DNA of 64,000 nucleotides from Rubripirellula sp. Lineage in GTDB: Bacteria > Planctomycetota > Planctomycetia > Pirellulales > Pirellulaceae. This document shows positions 39,083 to 49,800 of the stretch, piece by piece (positions within the stretch are counted from its first letter, which is position 1; the number at the start of each line of letters is the position of its first letter). The position numbers and the translations under genes were made by a program. The stretch spans positions 3,680,001-3,744,000 of the forward strand of contig OZ244207.1 of assembly GCA_965216875.1 (NCBI GenBank). Direction: 5' to 3'. Under the pieces are notes generated by a model. It searched no databases, was not told the DNA's origin, and saw only the letters and a list, made by a program, of their open reading frames with translations.

Positions 39083-40263
39083 TCGATGTTCTCTATTTGG
39101 CATGGCGGTATCTCGCCTATCATCGGCTCAAGACGTGTGTGTTGATCGCTGCGATCACATTGATCATCTACCTGCCGATCGGGTTGAACGTGTTGGTCCG
39201 CCAAAGCGCAAACCAACTCACGGCGCGAGCCAAGTCAACTCCGCTCCTGATTGGCGTAAAAGGGAGTCCGCTCGAGCTCGTGCTTCGCTCGCTCTATTTT
39301 GAGGGAGGTGTGCCGGAGGAAATGTCCTTTTCCGAAGTCGCACGCGTCAAGGATTCGAACCTTGCCACTGCGATTCCCATTCACGCCAAGTACCAAACGC
39401 AACACGGGCCGATCGTTGGCACTTCGCTGCAGTATTTTCAACAACGCCAGCTGAGTATTGGCGACGGGCGTCCCTTTGCGATGCTTGGCGAATGTGTTTT
39501 GGGTGCAAGCGCCGCTCAGGATTCTGGTTTGGTCTTGGGCGACTCGCTGATGTCGACCCCCGAAAGCGTCTTTGACCTCGCCGGCGTTTATCCTCTCAAG
39601 ATGAAGGTCGTCGGTGTTTTGCAACCCACCGGCACTCCCGATGATCACGCCGTGTTTGTCGATGTCAAAACAGCATGGGTCATCGCCGGTCTCGCTCACG
39701 GGCACCAAGACCTTGCCGCCCCCGATGCAAAGAGCGGTGTTCTGAAACGCGATGGCCAATCGATTATCGCGAACGCTTCGGTCAAACAATACAACGAAAT
39801 CACTGCGGCCAATGTCGGGTCGTTTCACTTCCACGGCAATGTCGACGAGTTTCCGATCACGGCCGTTCTTGCCTTCCCCCAAGATGACAAGTCCGATGCC
39901 TTGCTTCAGGGACGCTACTTGGGCAAAGACGAATCCGTGCATGTGGTGCGTCCGGTCGCGGTGATGGACGAGCTGCTCGCCACCATCTTTACGGTTCAAC
40001 AGTATGTCCTGGTGGCCGTCGGCGTTTTGACGGTTGCAACCCTTGCTTCGATGGCCTTGGTGTTCACCCTTTCGCTTCAACTGCGGCGCCGTGAAATGGA
40101 AACGATCCAAAAAATCGGCGGCTCGCGATCTCGAGTCGTTTCGTTGGTGCTTACCGAAATCGGTGTGGTCTTGGTGGGCGGCGCGATCCTCGCAGCAATC
40201 TTGACCACCGTCACGTTCTACCTTGCTGATTCCGCCACGCGCTGGATCGTCCAGATGAGCTAA
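39079..40263 (+). CDS. ABC transporter permease, FtsX/MacB-like
   Basis: TM1, large periplasmic domain, RRREM..I..IGGSR..V..L.L.E coupling motif; ATGA overlap. Confidence 0.85.
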   Translation: MIDVLYLAWRYLAYHRLKTCVLIAAITLIIYLPIGLNVLVRQSANQLTARAKSTPLLIGVKGSPLELVLRSLYFEGGVPEEMSFSEVARVKDSNLATAIPIHAKYQTQHGPIVGTSLQYFQQRQLSIGDGRPFAMLGECVLGASAAQDSGLVLGDSLMSTPESVFDLAGVYPLKMKVVGVLQPTGTPDDHAVFVDVKTAWVIAGLAHGHQDLAAPDAKSGVLKRDGQSIIANASVKQYNEITAANVGSFHFHGNVDEFPITAVLAFPQDDKSDALLQGRYLGKDESVHVVRPVAVMDELLATIFTVQQYVLVAVGVLTVATLASMALVFTLSLQLRRREMETIQKIGGSRSRVVSLVLTEIGVVLVGGAILAAILTTVTFYLADSATRWIVQMS

Positions 40264-40269
40264 CTCAAT

Positions 40270-41226
40270 ATGGAAACACTCAAATCACAAACGTTGTTCG
40301 CGGCCTTCGGTTGGCTGTTGCTTCTTGCTGGTTGCTCAAATCAAGCTCAAACGCAACCCGCACCGGCTGCGATCGATGATCGCCCCCTCAACGTCTACAC
40401 GGTCAATTATCCGCTCCAGTATTTTGCGCAGCAGATTGGCAGCGACGACGCGAACGTCATGTTTCCGTGCCCGGCAGATCAGGATCCTGCATTTTGGGTA
40501 CCGACGGGTGATCAGATCGCGGCCTACCACACCGCCGATGTCGTCTTCGTCAACGGCGCCACCTATGCCAAGTGGACCAAGACGGCCTCCTTGCCAGACG
40601 TGATTTGGAACACGACAGCACACATCAAAGATCGCTACATCACGATCGAGGATGCCGTTTCGCATTCACACGGACCTGGGCAACAACACACGCATGCGGG
40701 AACCGCGTTCACCACCTGGCTCGATCCCAAAATCGCGATCCAACAAGCCGAAGCGATCGCCGATCGATTGTCACAGCTCCGCCCGCAGTCTAAGCGAGAA
40801 ATCCAAAACAACTTCGCGATTCTCAAACGCGACTTGCTTGAACTCGACGCGTCTCTCACCGAGGTCACGCACGACGCGTCGGCAACACCTGTCCTGTTTT
40901 CCCACCCAGTCTACCAGTACCTCGAGCGCGCCTACCAACTCAATGGTCGAAGCGTCCACTTTGAACCCGATGTGGTGGCGCCCGAGAAGGCGTGGCTCGA
41001 GCTTGAAGAGTTGCTCAAAGAGCATCCCGCAAAAGTCATGATTTGGGAAAAGACACCTTCCGAAGCGAACCGCAAACGGTTGTTGTCACTCGGAATCGAG
41101 AGCGTGACCTTCGACCCTTGCGGCAACAAGCCAGAAGTGCAGGACTACCAAGCGGTGATGAAAGAAAACGTCACAAACCTTGCGACCGCACTGGGCAGCC
41201 GCTCGGGGCAAGTGACAAGCGATTAG
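40270..41226 (+). CDS. Metal ABC substrate-binding lipoprotein (ZnuA/TroA cluster A-I)
   Basis: Lipobox LLAGC, VNYPLQYFAQQIG, His loop HSHGPGQQHTH, TWLDP, HPVYQYL. Confidence 0.88.
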   Translation: METLKSQTLFAAFGWLLLLAGCSNQAQTQPAPAAIDDRPLNVYTVNYPLQYFAQQIGSDDANVMFPCPADQDPAFWVPTGDQIAAYHTADVVFVNGATYAKWTKTASLPDVIWNTTAHIKDRYITIEDAVSHSHGPGQQHTHAGTAFTTWLDPKIAIQQAEAIADRLSQLRPQSKREIQNNFAILKRDLLELDASLTEVTHDASATPVLFSHPVYQYLERAYQLNGRSVHFEPDVVAPEKAWLELEELLKEHPAKVMIWEKTPSEANRKRLLSLGIESVTFDPCGNKPEVQDYQAVMKENVTNLATALGSRSGQVTSD

Positions 41227-42827
41227 TAGTAGAAGGTCGACGCCGTTCGGATCCCGTAGGCCCGCGACTCGGCGTCGGCGGCAATGTACTTGGTGCGCCG
41301 GTAGCTTCCCTCGATCGCCAGTTCCCACCAATCAGTCACGTTCCAAATCGCATTGCACCAAGCCGCGTTGTTGAAACTGATTTGCCCGATTCCCGAATTG
41401 ACCGGATCAACGAAACCGATCTGAGAATTCTTGGGATTGTCGACGCCATAGCCGACGGCCGTCAAAAGTTTCGGTCGAGCGCGGTAGGTCATGTCGGCCC
41501 ACCACCCCATCGATTCAATCGCTTGCCCCGTGTCGGGGTTCAAACTTTGAAGGGTGGCTGCAAAGTAGGTCCCTGCGCCGCGTGCGTACCAAACCTCGCT
41601 GTGAAAACCGAAACGCGAACCATCCAATTGCAGGTCAATCGCGACGCCGCGTGTTGGTTCGACTTCCTGCCGAGCCAAAACGATGTTGCCGTTCGAGATG
41701 ATCGAATCGGCGACCGCTTGAACCTCGCCGAACACACCCGAGACTCCTAACTCGAACGGCCGCCCGAAGTCTTGCATTTTGCCAAGCTCAACACCGATCC
41801 GATACTCGATGTTGGGCCAGCCGTTGTCGGTGCCGCGGATTTGAGGGATGGCCGCAAAGTCAGTGATGTCTTGCTGGCCGATCCGCGCCGACCACGTCCA
41901 CTTGTGACAATCATTGAGCGTGATGAATCGATCAACATGAAACGCACCGCGGTAGATTCCGGTATTGCCAGCACCGCGAGCATTCAATTGGTCGACGGTT
42001 GTTGGATTGATGGGGCTAAACAGGTCGAGCATCCGTCCAAAGGCAAAACGCCACTCGTCGTTTTGAATCTCACCGTAGGCCAAGACAATGTTTGCGCCCG
42101 AGAAGTTGCGAAGCGGTTGCGCCCCCATGAAGTTCATTAGGAAAACACCGCCCGATTTCCAATCGCCAATCGATGGACCGGTCAACTTGAAGTTGATCTG
42201 GGACTGTTTGGCGTGAACCGTCGACGAGTCCTCGGCGACGCCAGGATTCTTGGGGTTAAGGAACACGGTCACCGCATCCGCGGTTTGAGCGGCTGACGAA
42301 TAGACAAATTCACCACGAAATCGACCGAAGGGAACGATTCGCCAATCCCCTTTTTGCCAAGCAATCGATTCTCTGCACAAATTGCAGACGGAGCCAGCAC
42401 CGACGCACGGTCGATACGTTCCATCGCAGACTCCACACGGGCATTGACCACAATCGGTCGCGGCGCAGGTCACGATCTTTCCGAATCGGCTCTCGAACAG
42501 ACTCGCTTGCTCGACCGACGGTGATGCGAGAACGGGAGGCTCGGATAGGCTGGGATCAGATGCGATCGGCTTGTGCAATTCAGCGCTGACTGAATCACCA
42601 TTTCCGTCATCCACATCCTTTGGTGCATTGGTCTCGGTTTCGGCCTGCTCGCGAAGTTTTGCCAATTCGGCTTCCGCGGCCTCGAGTCGCCGCAAGAGCT
42701 CATTGTTCGTCGGTGGTTCCGTGGGCGGCAAACGCATCGTCTGCGCCCAAGACGGCTGTGCCGCAGACGCCACGGCAATCGCAAGCGTTGCACAAAGAAG
42801 CAACAAGGTGTGAACTCGTCTGATCAT
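41223..42827 (-). CDS. Outer-membrane porin-like protein (DcaP-like)
   Basis: Signal peptide, coiled coil, Cys-rich linker, beta strands (HAKQSQINF, AVGYGVDNP), aromatic C-terminus FYY; start MIRR. Confidence 0.7.
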   Translation of the reverse strand: MIRRVHTLLLLCATLAIAVASAAQPSWAQTMRLPPTEPPTNNELLRRLEAAEAELAKLREQAETETNAPKDVDDGNGDSVSAELHKPIASDPSLSEPPVLASPSVEQASLFESRFGKIVTCAATDCGQCPCGVCDGTYRPCVGAGSVCNLCRESIAWQKGDWRIVPFGRFRGEFVYSSAAQTADAVTVFLNPKNPGVAEDSSTVHAKQSQINFKLTGPSIGDWKSGGVFLMNFMGAQPLRNFSGANIVLAYGEIQNDEWRFAFGRMLDLFSPINPTTVDQLNARGAGNTGIYRGAFHVDRFITLNDCHKWTWSARIGQQDITDFAAIPQIRGTDNGWPNIEYRIGVELGKMQDFGRPFELGVSGVFGEVQAVADSIISNGNIVLARQEVEPTRGVAIDLQLDGSRFGFHSEVWYARGAGTYFAATLQSLNPDTGQAIESMGWWADMTYRARPKLLTAVGYGVDNPKNSQIGFVDPVNSGIGQISFNNAAWCNAIWNVTDWWELAIEGSYRRTKYIAADAESRAYGIRTASTFYY

Positions 42828-43113
42828 CGCATTCGCTTTGAAACCAATGTAGGGAATGTCGGGGTTATGGCAGACGCCCCCGTTCTCGTATCGAACGATC
42901 GTCCCTCGATTGTCACGTTCGGTTGTGACATCTACGCCGGTTGCACCACCTGGCGTTCGGCTTGTAACGGTTGTGACGATCCAGTCGCATCCAAGTTTCA
43001 CGAGAAAGCCGTGAAACGAGATCAGCGTTGACGCCCGCGCACCTCCTTCCTTAGAAGCTCGTAAGCGAAATCCGTCCAATCCAAGGCTTCCATCCCTTCC
43101 AGGCCAGTTTCAG

Positions 43114-44337
43114 ATGCCAAGCAAATCGCCAACCATCGCCGCGTTCACCCCCTGGGTCGGTCAACCGTGCAACGTCTGGATGCACCGCCAGTTTGCTGGC
43201 CTGTCTGATCAATTGAAAACGATCATCACCTGGGAATACATCAACCAAGATCAGTTTCCGTTGCCGGGTGTCGATGTCACGATCGTCCCCAAGGCCTTTG
43301 ACGACCAATTGAAAGGCTGGCGTCGAATGGTCGATTCGATCGTCACGCCGCGCACTGGCGGCGAAAGGTTCGGAGCAGGGTTCACGCGTTGGATGCGACA
43401 AAAATTCAAACAATCCGGCACCGAAGCAGTGCTGGGCCAATTCGGACACTACGCGATGATGGCTGAAGTCGCATGCCGCCCAATGGGCATTCCAACGTTT
43501 GCACACTTCCACGGTTTCGACATCAGCACGCGACTGGGCAAGAAGCGTTACCGTCAATCACTCGAACGAGGCTGGCACAACTTTGCCGGCGTCATCGTTG
43601 TCGCCGAATACCAACGCCAAACGCTGCTTGAGCTGGGCTTTGACCGTGACTCCATCGCTTTGATCCCCTGTGGCGCACCGACCTCCGAAATCGCTGCTGA
43701 AGTTGCCCAATACCGAACCGCCGCTCCGCGAGACCACCAAGGCTGTCGCTTCCTGTTCGTGGGCCGTTTCACGGAAAAGAAAGACCCGATGTCCGTGCTG
43801 AAAGCGTTTCAGCGCTGCCACTTTGAACATCCCGAATCGAAACTGATCCTGGCTGGCTTTGGCCCGCTTCAGGAATCTTGCGAGCAGTGGATCCAAGGCC
43901 AGTCGCCTGAGTTCGCGGCGGCTGTCGAGTTCCCCGGAACGCTTTCGCCAACCGAAGTGAAACAAGCAATGGCTCGAGCCGATGTTCTCGTTCAACACTC
44001 GCGCACCGCGCCCAATGGTGACAAAGAGGGCTGGCCCGTGTCGATTGGCGAAGCGATGGCCGCCGGCTTGCCGATCGTTGCCACGCGCCACGCCGGAATC
44101 GTTGATCAGGTCGTCGAAGGCCACAATGGCTATTTGTGCGATGAAGGCGACTGGGAACAGATGGGAATCGACATGACGCGGCTCGCCTCGGATCGAAAGC
44201 TGCAACGCCAAATGGGCGAAGCCTCCCACCAACGGGCAGTGGAATACGATTCCAAGGATCAGATCGAGAGAATGCGACGCTTCATCAACGAACGCGTCTC
44301 GCTGTGGCACCAAGGCAGCCGTCGCGCCGCAGCATAG
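43114..44337 (+). CDS. GT4 glycosyltransferase (WcaL-like)
   Basis: FHGFD, FVGRFTEKK, HSRTAPNGDKEGWPVSIGEAMAAGLP. Confidence 0.92.
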   Translation: MPSKSPTIAAFTPWVGQPCNVWMHRQFAGLSDQLKTIITWEYINQDQFPLPGVDVTIVPKAFDDQLKGWRRMVDSIVTPRTGGERFGAGFTRWMRQKFKQSGTEAVLGQFGHYAMMAEVACRPMGIPTFAHFHGFDISTRLGKKRYRQSLERGWHNFAGVIVVAEYQRQTLLELGFDRDSIALIPCGAPTSEIAAEVAQYRTAAPRDHQGCRFLFVGRFTEKKDPMSVLKAFQRCHFEHPESKLILAGFGPLQESCEQWIQGQSPEFAAAVEFPGTLSPTEVKQAMARADVLVQHSRTAPNGDKEGWPVSIGEAMAAGLPIVATRHAGIVDQVVEGHNGYLCDEGDWEQMGIDMTRLASDRKLQRQMGEASHQRAVEYDSKDQIERMRRFINERVSLWHQGSRRAAA

Positions 44338-44389
44338 CCAACTCAGCATAGGCGACTCAGCATAGCCAACTCGGCATCGCTAACTCGGC
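44330..44389. repeat. 14-bp tandem repeat x4 spanning the GT stop codon
   Basis: CAGCATAGCCAACT CAGCATAGGCGACT CAGCATAGCCAACT CGGCATCGCTAACT. Confidence 0.85.
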
Positions 44390-44658
44390 GTCCCTGAGAT
44401 GATGGCGCGTTTTCTGGCAGTTGGTCCGATCGTAACGATTTGCCCGCCAGGATCGGGGCAGCTTCCTCAGCCCCTTGAATTGCCGCCGACGCCACGTCCG
44501 GAGTTGAGCTAGACTTTGGTTGGCGAATTGGTCAAGGCACTACAATGCTGCGACCAAATTCAACCCATCGAGTCTTTTCCAACACGCGGCGAATGTCCCT
44601 TCGTCGCATACCGTGTTTTCAATCGCCGGTCGGGACACCGGGTACAGGGGCGGCAGCC

Positions 44659-44865
44659 ATGCCAGAAGATCAATACGAAAGCCTGATCGTTCTGCTCGAG
44701 GAACGCGGGCACTCGACCGCCGAGATCGACAAAATCATCAACAAGGTTCGTGAGTACGACAACAAGACTCAACACGACTCGGTGATGGATTCGATCGGTT
44801 CAGGATCGATGAACCTTGACGACCTTGTCGCCGACGCCTTGGGCGAGAAATCGGCCGAATCCTAG
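44659..44865 (+). CDS. Small acidic hypothetical protein (68 aa)
   Basis: Helical, protein-like ORF MPEDQYE..DSVMDSIGSG; purine-rich upstream. Confidence 0.7.
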   Translation: MPEDQYESLIVLLEERGHSTAEIDKIINKVREYDNKTQHDSVMDSIGSGSMNLDDLVADALGEKSAES

Positions 44866-44879
44866 GGAATAGCCGTACT

Positions 44880-44969
44880 GGGGTCGGACGCAAAGTCCGG
44901 GGAGGGAATGCGACTAAACAATACAAACCCTCTCCGGGCCTTAGAGCCCGACTCTCCCAAGGGAGAGTG
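44880..44969. repeat. Inverted palindromic repeat pair (family E) between convergent genes
   Basis: GGGGTCGGAC-gcaaa-GTCCGGGGAGGG faces CCCTCTCCGGGC-cttaga-GCCCGACTCTCCCAAGGGAGAGT. Confidence 0.65.
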
Positions 44970-44990
44970 TTAACGTGCAGCCTGTGCCGA

Positions 44991-45860
44991 TCACGATCCT
45001 TGCACAGTACCGACGAGCAGGCGGTATTGCGAGGGTGTCATGTCTCGGTATTTGCGAAACGCTCGATTGAATGTCGTGAGTTCACGGAAACCGCAATCGA
45101 GTGCGATCTCAATGATCGAATGATCGGTGGTCCCGAGCAACTCGCATGCGCGGCTGACACGAACATCCGCAACGAACTCTTGGAACGTCATGCCTGTGTG
45201 GGCCTTAAAGAACCTCGAAAACCCGCTCCCGCTCATGTGAACGACGTCCGCAACCGCGTCACGCGTCAACTCTTCGTGAGCATGATCGTTGATAAAGTCA
45301 CAAGCACGTCGCAATCGTTCCACTTCGAGCTGAGCCGCCATCGGTTGGTAGCCCGTACTGCACAGTGTCCGGAGCTCCTGCGACTCTGCCATCGCATTGA
45401 GCAACTCGAGCAAACCAATGATGCGTGGCAGACCGCTTTGACTGGCAAGTCGATCGATCTTTCCGGCCAAACTCTCGCGCAACTCTCCATGGGCCTGCAG
45501 ACCCTGCGACGCTCGCGTGAGCAACAGGCGGACGTCTCTTAGCTCGGGGCGTTCGAGCCAATCGCTCCCAAGGACCGCCGTGTCAAAATGCACAACGGTG
45601 GCGTTGATACGGCTGCTCGAATTCGTTTCATAGCGCCAAACGTGAGGCAAGTTCGACCCGAGCAAGATCACCTCGCCTTGTTCGATCGGGCACAGACGAT
45701 CGCCAATCAATCGTTGTCCTTCGCCACTCGCAACGTGACAGAGTTGCAACTCGGGATGAAAGTGCCACGAACAACCCGAATAATTTTCGTCAACGGTGAT
45801 CACGCGCACCGATTCATCGGGACGCTGTGGCGATGCAAACAAGTGGGGCAGACTCTTCAT
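44991..45860 (-). CDS. AraC family transcriptional regulator with cupin domain
   Basis: WHFHPELQL, GSNLPHVW, FSRFFK, IALDCGF..FNRAFRK...TPSQYR. Confidence 0.93.
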   Translation of the reverse strand: MKSLPHLFASPQRPDESVRVITVDENYSGCSWHFHPELQLCHVASGEGQRLIGDRLCPIEQGEVILLGSNLPHVWRYETNSSSRINATVVHFDTAVLGSDWLERPELRDVRLLLTRASQGLQAHGELRESLAGKIDRLASQSGLPRIIGLLELLNAMAESQELRTLCSTGYQPMAAQLEVERLRRACDFINDHAHEELTRDAVADVVHMSGSGFSRFFKAHTGMTFQEFVADVRVSRACELLGTTDHSIIEIALDCGFRELTTFNRAFRKYRDMTPSQYRLLVGTVQGS

Positions 45861-46041
45861 GGTGTCCCATGCTAGCCGACTATCGCCGGCTTTGCGCGGC
45901 AATTCCTGCAACGAATCACCTAATGCCCAGCCGCCGTCACGAAGTGCCCAGATCTTTCGTCCGTGCCCGTTACCATAGGCGTCACTTGGCTTTCCATCCG
46001 TTTGCAGCCACAGACCCTACTGCTCGTCTCTGGACACCATC

Positions 46042-46770
46042 ATGACCAACCGCCTTCTACCGCTATGCCTGCTTCTGTTGACAACACCCTTTGTGCAAGC
46101 CCAGCAAAGTGACAAAGAGGCAGCAGAGTTCGTGGCGTTGTTCGATGGCAAGACACTCGAAGGCTGGGAAGGCGACGATCGGTTTTGGCGTGTCGAAGAG
46201 GGTGCGATCGTTGGGCAGACCACTGCCGATGTTACGACAAAGAAGAACACATTTCTGGTTTACGACGAGCGTGAGTTTGGCGACTTTGAGCTACGGTTTT
46301 CTTATCGCGTCACCGGTGGCAACTCGGGGATCCAATACCGCAGCGAACTGCTGAGCAAATGGGTCGTCAAAGGACTACAAGCCGATTTCGAAGACAAAAT
46401 GCATAATGGACAAGACAAGTTCTCAGGCATGTTCTTCGAAGAAAACGGCCGCATGTTCATGGGGCAACGCGGCGACGTGGTGATTGTTCGAGCCAACCAC
46501 GACAAACCCAACAAACCGATCATCGAGAAGATTGCGACGGTCGGAAACGGCGAGGCTCTTGAAAAGAACATCCGACGCGACGGCTGGAACGACTACATCA
46601 TCATCGCGCGAGGCAACGTCTTCTTGCACATCATCAATGGACACGTGATGTCGATTGGTATCGATGAAGACTCGCTCAACGCCAAGAAGTCGGGCATCAT
46701 TGCCTGGCAGCTACATGCCGGCCCACCGCTCAAGATCGAAATGAAAGACATTCGGATTCGCCAGCTCTAG
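46042..46770 (+). CDS. DUF1080 (3-keto-glycoside hydratase/hydrolase-like) exported protein
   Basis: LFDGKTLEGW, NSGIQYRS, WNDY.I.ARG, G.IAWQLH, KDIRIRQL. Confidence 0.9.
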   Translation: MTNRLLPLCLLLLTTPFVQAQQSDKEAAEFVALFDGKTLEGWEGDDRFWRVEEGAIVGQTTADVTTKKNTFLVYDEREFGDFELRFSYRVTGGNSGIQYRSELLSKWVVKGLQADFEDKMHNGQDKFSGMFFEENGRMFMGQRGDVVIVRANHDKPNKPIIEKIATVGNGEALEKNIRRDGWNDYIIIARGNVFLHIINGHVMSIGIDEDSLNAKKSGIIAWQLHAGPPLKIEMKDIRIRQL

Positions 46771-46847
46771 AACAAAATGCGAGGGTTTGTCCTTCGTCGC
46801 TTCACGGTGCCCATTCTCGCTTCCCCACACGCCAACAGCATTTCCTC

Positions 46848-49800
46848 ATGTGTCGCTACGTTGTCATCGCGCTGATCTCCATTGCTCTCCCAAGCACATT
46901 AATAGGCCAAACGACACCGCCGGCTGAAATCGGACTCTCTGCCTCAAGGCTGGACAACATCACCGAGTACCTTCAACGGCAATGTAACGAAGGCCGAGTC
47001 GCGGGAGCGGTTGCTGCGGTTTCTCGGTATGGCCGAATCGGCTACTTGCAAGCCGTTGGCAAACACGATCTCGCAACGAACGCGCCCATGCACACCGACT
47101 CGCTTTTTCGTATCGCGTCGATGACCAAAGCGATCACCAGCGCTGCGGTGATGAGTCTTGTTGAAGACGACGCGATCTCGCTCGATGACCCGCTGAGCAA
47201 ACACCTTCCCGAATTCGCGCATTTGCGATTGTTGGATGGATCAAAACTCACTCGTCAACCAACGATTCACGATCTGCTGACTCATCGTTCCGGCTTGACC
47301 TATGGTTGGTTCGGCCCCGAAGAGCTTGACGCGATCTACGGGCGCGACCGCATCAACCACCTCTTCGAACCGACACCCGAGACGATCGGCGACCGGGTCG
47401 AGAAGATTGCCGATGTCCCACTCAAGTTCCAACCCGGCACAGCCTGGGATTACGGCGTTTCGACCGACGTGCTCGGTCGTGTCGTGGAAGTCGCCTCGGG
47501 GCTCACGCTCGAGCAATTTTTCCGCGAGCGTTTTTTCCGTCCCCTCAAAATGCTCGACACCTATTTTTATGTGCCAACAGAAAAACAACAGCGCCTCGCT
47601 GGGCTGTACACCTTGGACGATGACCAACGCTTGGTCGCCGTGGGTGACGAGCCCATTGAAGTTGGCTTCTTTCGCTTCTCGGCCGACTATTGCACACGCC
47701 CCGGAAAGTTCTATTCCGGCGGTGGTGGTCTCGTTTCTTCGACCAACGACTACCTCCGCTTTCTGCATATGCTCCTGCGAGGTGGCGAACTCGATGGCGT
47801 GCGCGTGTTGAAACGAGAAACCGTGTCGATGATGACGCAAAACCAAATCGGCGACCTTTCGATCTACTTCCCTGGGCACGGCGACGGCTTTGGTTTCGGG
47901 TTTGGCGTCGTCACCGACCGTGGCGCCGACGCCGATGAACTCTCTGTCGGCAGTTACTCATGGGGCGGAATCTTCAACACCTATTTCTGGGTTGATCCAC
48001 AGGAGCAACTCGTTGGTCTGCTGATGACGCAGGTGTTCCCCAACGATCATCTGGGTATTCGCGACGGATTCCGAAAACGCGTTTACAGCGCGATCGACGA
48101 CTCAGGGTTCGAGAAACTTTATCACTACCAACCGGGCGACGAACACGCGAACCCTCATTTCAACGGTCGGCAGTTGCGAGTCAACGCGGCGGAGGTATCC
48201 GTCCATCCCGACTTCGCCGCGCGTAGCGAACCGCGTTCGAGCGGAATGGCGAGGATCTTGATCGAAGAAGACCTGCGCACGCTTCGTCGAGCCGACCTTG
48301 ATCTCGAAGTGTGGGGCGGTCATCCGGGTACTGCAAACAAGCGAGTGACCATCAACGGACGCAGCACGCACGCTTTTCCTGATGTTGGCACTGCGCATCA
48401 CAACTGCACGCACGAGTACCCGTCGTTCAATCTACGCCCCATCGATCTCGTCAATGGCTACAACTCGTTGCAGTTTGCATGTGATACCGGCGAGACCTTT
48501 TGGGGCCACTACATCGTCGACGACGCAACGCTTCGAATAGGACTACAACCGGACGATCCTCGTTTGAAAGAAGCCGAGCTCGAAAGTTTCGGAGCTCGGG
48601 TCACGGTCCTGCCTTTTGCTGACCGCGATGGCTACGCGCTCAAACTGGATGTGACCGACAGATTCCGTGATCGCATCGCCGATGTCCGTTTTGAGGCCCG
48701 CTGCTTCGACTATGACCACGACGGTGACGGCTGGCGAAACGATTGGCGCCCGCTCGCCAGCTCGGTGGCACCCACATCGGCGGTCGCAAAGTTCGGCCAA
48801 GAGGGTCGCGCCTTGGCATTCTCGACGGAACTCTTGCCGGCCCAACAGCGTGTGCAGTTTCGAGCGTTTGTCACGTTCAAGGACACGCCTGACATTCGTT
48901 ATCGGACTCCCGCAACACATGCCCATACGATTGCCGCGCGCGAAGGCGAACGGGTGCAGTTGTTCGAGGCGAGTGACTTGCCTTCGCCTTTCTGGTCAAG
49001 AGACTCCAACGCCAAGGAGTGTGTGATCGAGCTCGACGTTGATCCCCAATCGATCACCGCTGCCCAGCTGCACGTTGTCGCCTGGACGGGCGGTGCAGGA
49101 AACGTCGCCGACTATTTCACACTCAATGGCAAGCCGCTCCCAATCGCCGATGGGCACGACCACCAAACCGTCTACTCGCGCATCACAATCGATCCCGCTT
49201 TGCTTCGGCGTGGAAAAAACGAGATTCGTTTGCTTTCCGATACCAAACACCATGGCATCGAAATCATGCTGCCCGGCCCCGCTTTGATGGTTCGACACAC
49301 GACCTCACCCGCCACCGAGGAGTCCGCTGGCGTCTCGATCGACAATGACAAAATTCACTCGCTCGACTGTTACCGCATCAAGACTCCCACGGCGACCTAT
49401 TACCTGGACAAGATTGGCGCCGGGCTGGCAGCGTTGGTTGACCGCGACGGCAAAGATTGGCTCAGTTTCAATCCCAAGCGAGGCAGCGGCGCGGGCGGAG
49501 AATACCGCGGTTTCCCCAACGCTGTGTTCAAGGAAGCGGGCAGTTACTTCCACGCTCGCAACGCAGGGACGGCCCCTTGCTCCACCACGATCATTGAAGA
49601 CTCACCCAACCGAGTCGTGATCGGCGCAAAGGCGGACAACGGAAAATGGGCAGGGAAGTACGTCTTCACGCCAACGGAATGCACGTTTGTGATGACTCAA
49701 AAACCGCCCCACCACAACTATTGGGTGCTTTACGAAGGAACACCGGGTGGAACCTACAACCATGACGATTGGTGGATGACGGCGACCGATGCGACCAAAC

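Noticed and set aside
44880..44910. c-di-GMP-I riboswitch (GACGCAAAG match)
   Set aside because: No P2 GNRA/receptor architecture; it lies between convergent genes and is explained as one arm of an inverted repeat pair
46848..48100. Bona fide beta-lactam resistance locus (with the BlaI/BlaR genes)
   Set aside because: The SxxK domain is of the broad esterase/serine hydrolase type, and neither M56 protein has a penicillin-binding sensor domain
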